From NCBI GenBank assembly GCA_012295275.1, contig CM022677.1:27094001-27158000 (forward strand): a stretch of 64,000 bases of DNA. The letters run 5' to 3'. The notes below the pieces were generated by a model, which made no database searches, was not told the origin of the DNA, and saw nothing but the letters and a program-made list of their open reading frames with translations. This DNA comes from Chrysomallon squamiferum. Lineage: Eukaryota > Animalia > Mollusca. How positions within the stretch are numbered: position 1 is the stretch's first letter; every line of letters starts with the position of its first letter. Of this stretch, positions 55,885-64,000 are shown one piece after another. Both the position numbers and the translations under genes were made by a program.

Positions 55885-56450
55885 GAACATTGCATCAGCA
55901 CTGAGTGTTTACAAAATGACGTAATGTGGCCTGGTGACCAACTTCCCACCCGCGTGGCCTTCAACTAACGTAAACGGAAACTTTCCCCGAACGAGAATTA
56001 AAAAATGAGTCAGCATAAATAACAGTTAATTAACTAAACTATCGTATTTTCTCGCGTTATTGTGAGCTGGTATAAAAATTTAAAAAATGGCTATCATTTC
56101 TTACAACAAAAGAAACGATCAATATTTATTTTTGTGCCTTGTGCGATGATTGGTCGAATATAGTATCATTTGTAAATATGGAAAAAGCTCATAGTAACTG
56201 TTGCGCTAATATGGCAGTTCGTAGTAAACCATTGGCTAATATGGCAAACAGCATAGTAAGCAATACGCTAATATGGGACATCACGTGACTGGAGGTGATG
56301 CCGAGTTCACGTCGACGGATTTTAATATTCATTCATTGTTCACGCCAGCAACGATACCTACAACCTTCACCTTGGTAATTCAGCCAATCGGAAAATAGTT
56401 TGACAAAAGTCGTCTGCGCATGTCCCGGTGCAAACGTTATAAATAGTGAT
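55885..56450 (+). promoter_or_regulatory. PSAT1 promoter
   Basis: ATTGCATCA (C/EBP-ATF element) at 55889-55897, TGACGTAA near 55917, four AATATGG repeats at 56175-56276, E-box TCACGTGA at 56281-56288, CCAAT at 56384-56388, NRF1-like TGCGCATG at 56415 and TATAAATA at 56438-56445. Confidence 0.7.
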
Positions 56451-56538
56451 GGAAAGAATTGGCTCTTCCTTGCACGAAAGACGAGTTGCAGACGATAGAA
56501 TACGGACAGTTTCGAATTGTTTATGTCAAAAACGAGAA

Positions 56539-63264
<6,726 letters not shown>

Positions 63265-63811
63265 GTGAGTGTATTAAAACATACCTGACTAACTGAAACA
63301 TGATAAACTGTGCAGTACATCAACACTGGCACCCTCTGTTCACTTCACAATTATACTGTTTGATTTACACAGAAACATTATTTTAAAAGAGAGAGAGTAT
63401 TGGTGATAGGAGGAAAGAGTTGTCTTTCCTTACTGACATAGTCTGTTAAATCTGTTTTTTTTTTGTTTTTTTTTTTTTGTTATTGTTTTGTTGTATCTTT
63501 TTTTTTTTTTTTTTTATTAAATCATAATTATGTCATTATTATTTTTTTTTTTTTTTTTTTTTGGTGTTTGATGTTATACATAATATTTGTTGTTTTAAAA
63601 TTTTTACATATTTGACTAAATTTTTAATATAACTTAAGTGATATTTCAAAGTAATCTAAATATACTCTACATAATTTGTGTGTGTGTGTGTGTGTTTTGT
63701 GTGTTTTGTTTAATCTTAATTAAAGTGTACCTTTAATGATAACACAAAAACAGTGTAAATACATTCTGCATACTTCCAGTCTTTCATTGGTTGTATACTA
63801 TATATTTTATT

Positions 63812-63849
<38 letters not shown>

Positions 63850-64000
63850 TTATTTTTCCATCCACTCTTAATCAATATAAAATAATGAAGTATAAGAAGA
63901 AATCCAGGTTACATTTTATTTTACCATCCAGTCTTAAAGAGTACATTTGGAGATACACACAATTAATATTTAAATAAATATAATTTTATAACACTACAAA

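Overview
AT-rich animal genomic DNA with introns saturated by microsatellites; the style suggests a mollusc, possibly a cephalopod (inference only). Most supplied ORFs are translated simple repeats, so I assembled the real genes by hand from GT-AG exons with matching phases. (1) Three paralogous type I membrane genes share one exon plan (signal / TSP1 exon(s) / Thr-rich stalk in two of them / TM / tail): TSPM-1 (+, 1400-6685, one TSP1, long tyrosine-motif tail), TSPM-3 (-, 8194-11646, one TSP1, almost no tail) and TSPM-2 (-, 14562-20640, four TSP1, short basic tail). (2) A tandem segmental duplication has copy A at ~19200-31925 and copy B at ~32030-50995. It carries a 67-aa CD24/CD52-like GPI-anchored micro-mucin gene (intact in B, frameshifted as assembled in A). 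It also carries a 142-aa single-pass adaptor with a CC motif and both PTAP and PPPY late-domain motifs (intact in B, main exon deleted in A). (3) Tigger, mariner and SINE-like relics and several minisatellites, one built from a splice donor. (4) The first five exons of PSAT1, with a promoter containing an ATF4-type element. The best candidate for a new system is the cluster of five small cell-surface genes: variant-TSP1 receptors, a GPI glycopeptide and an ESCRT/Nedd4 adaptor. TSPM names are my own placeholders.
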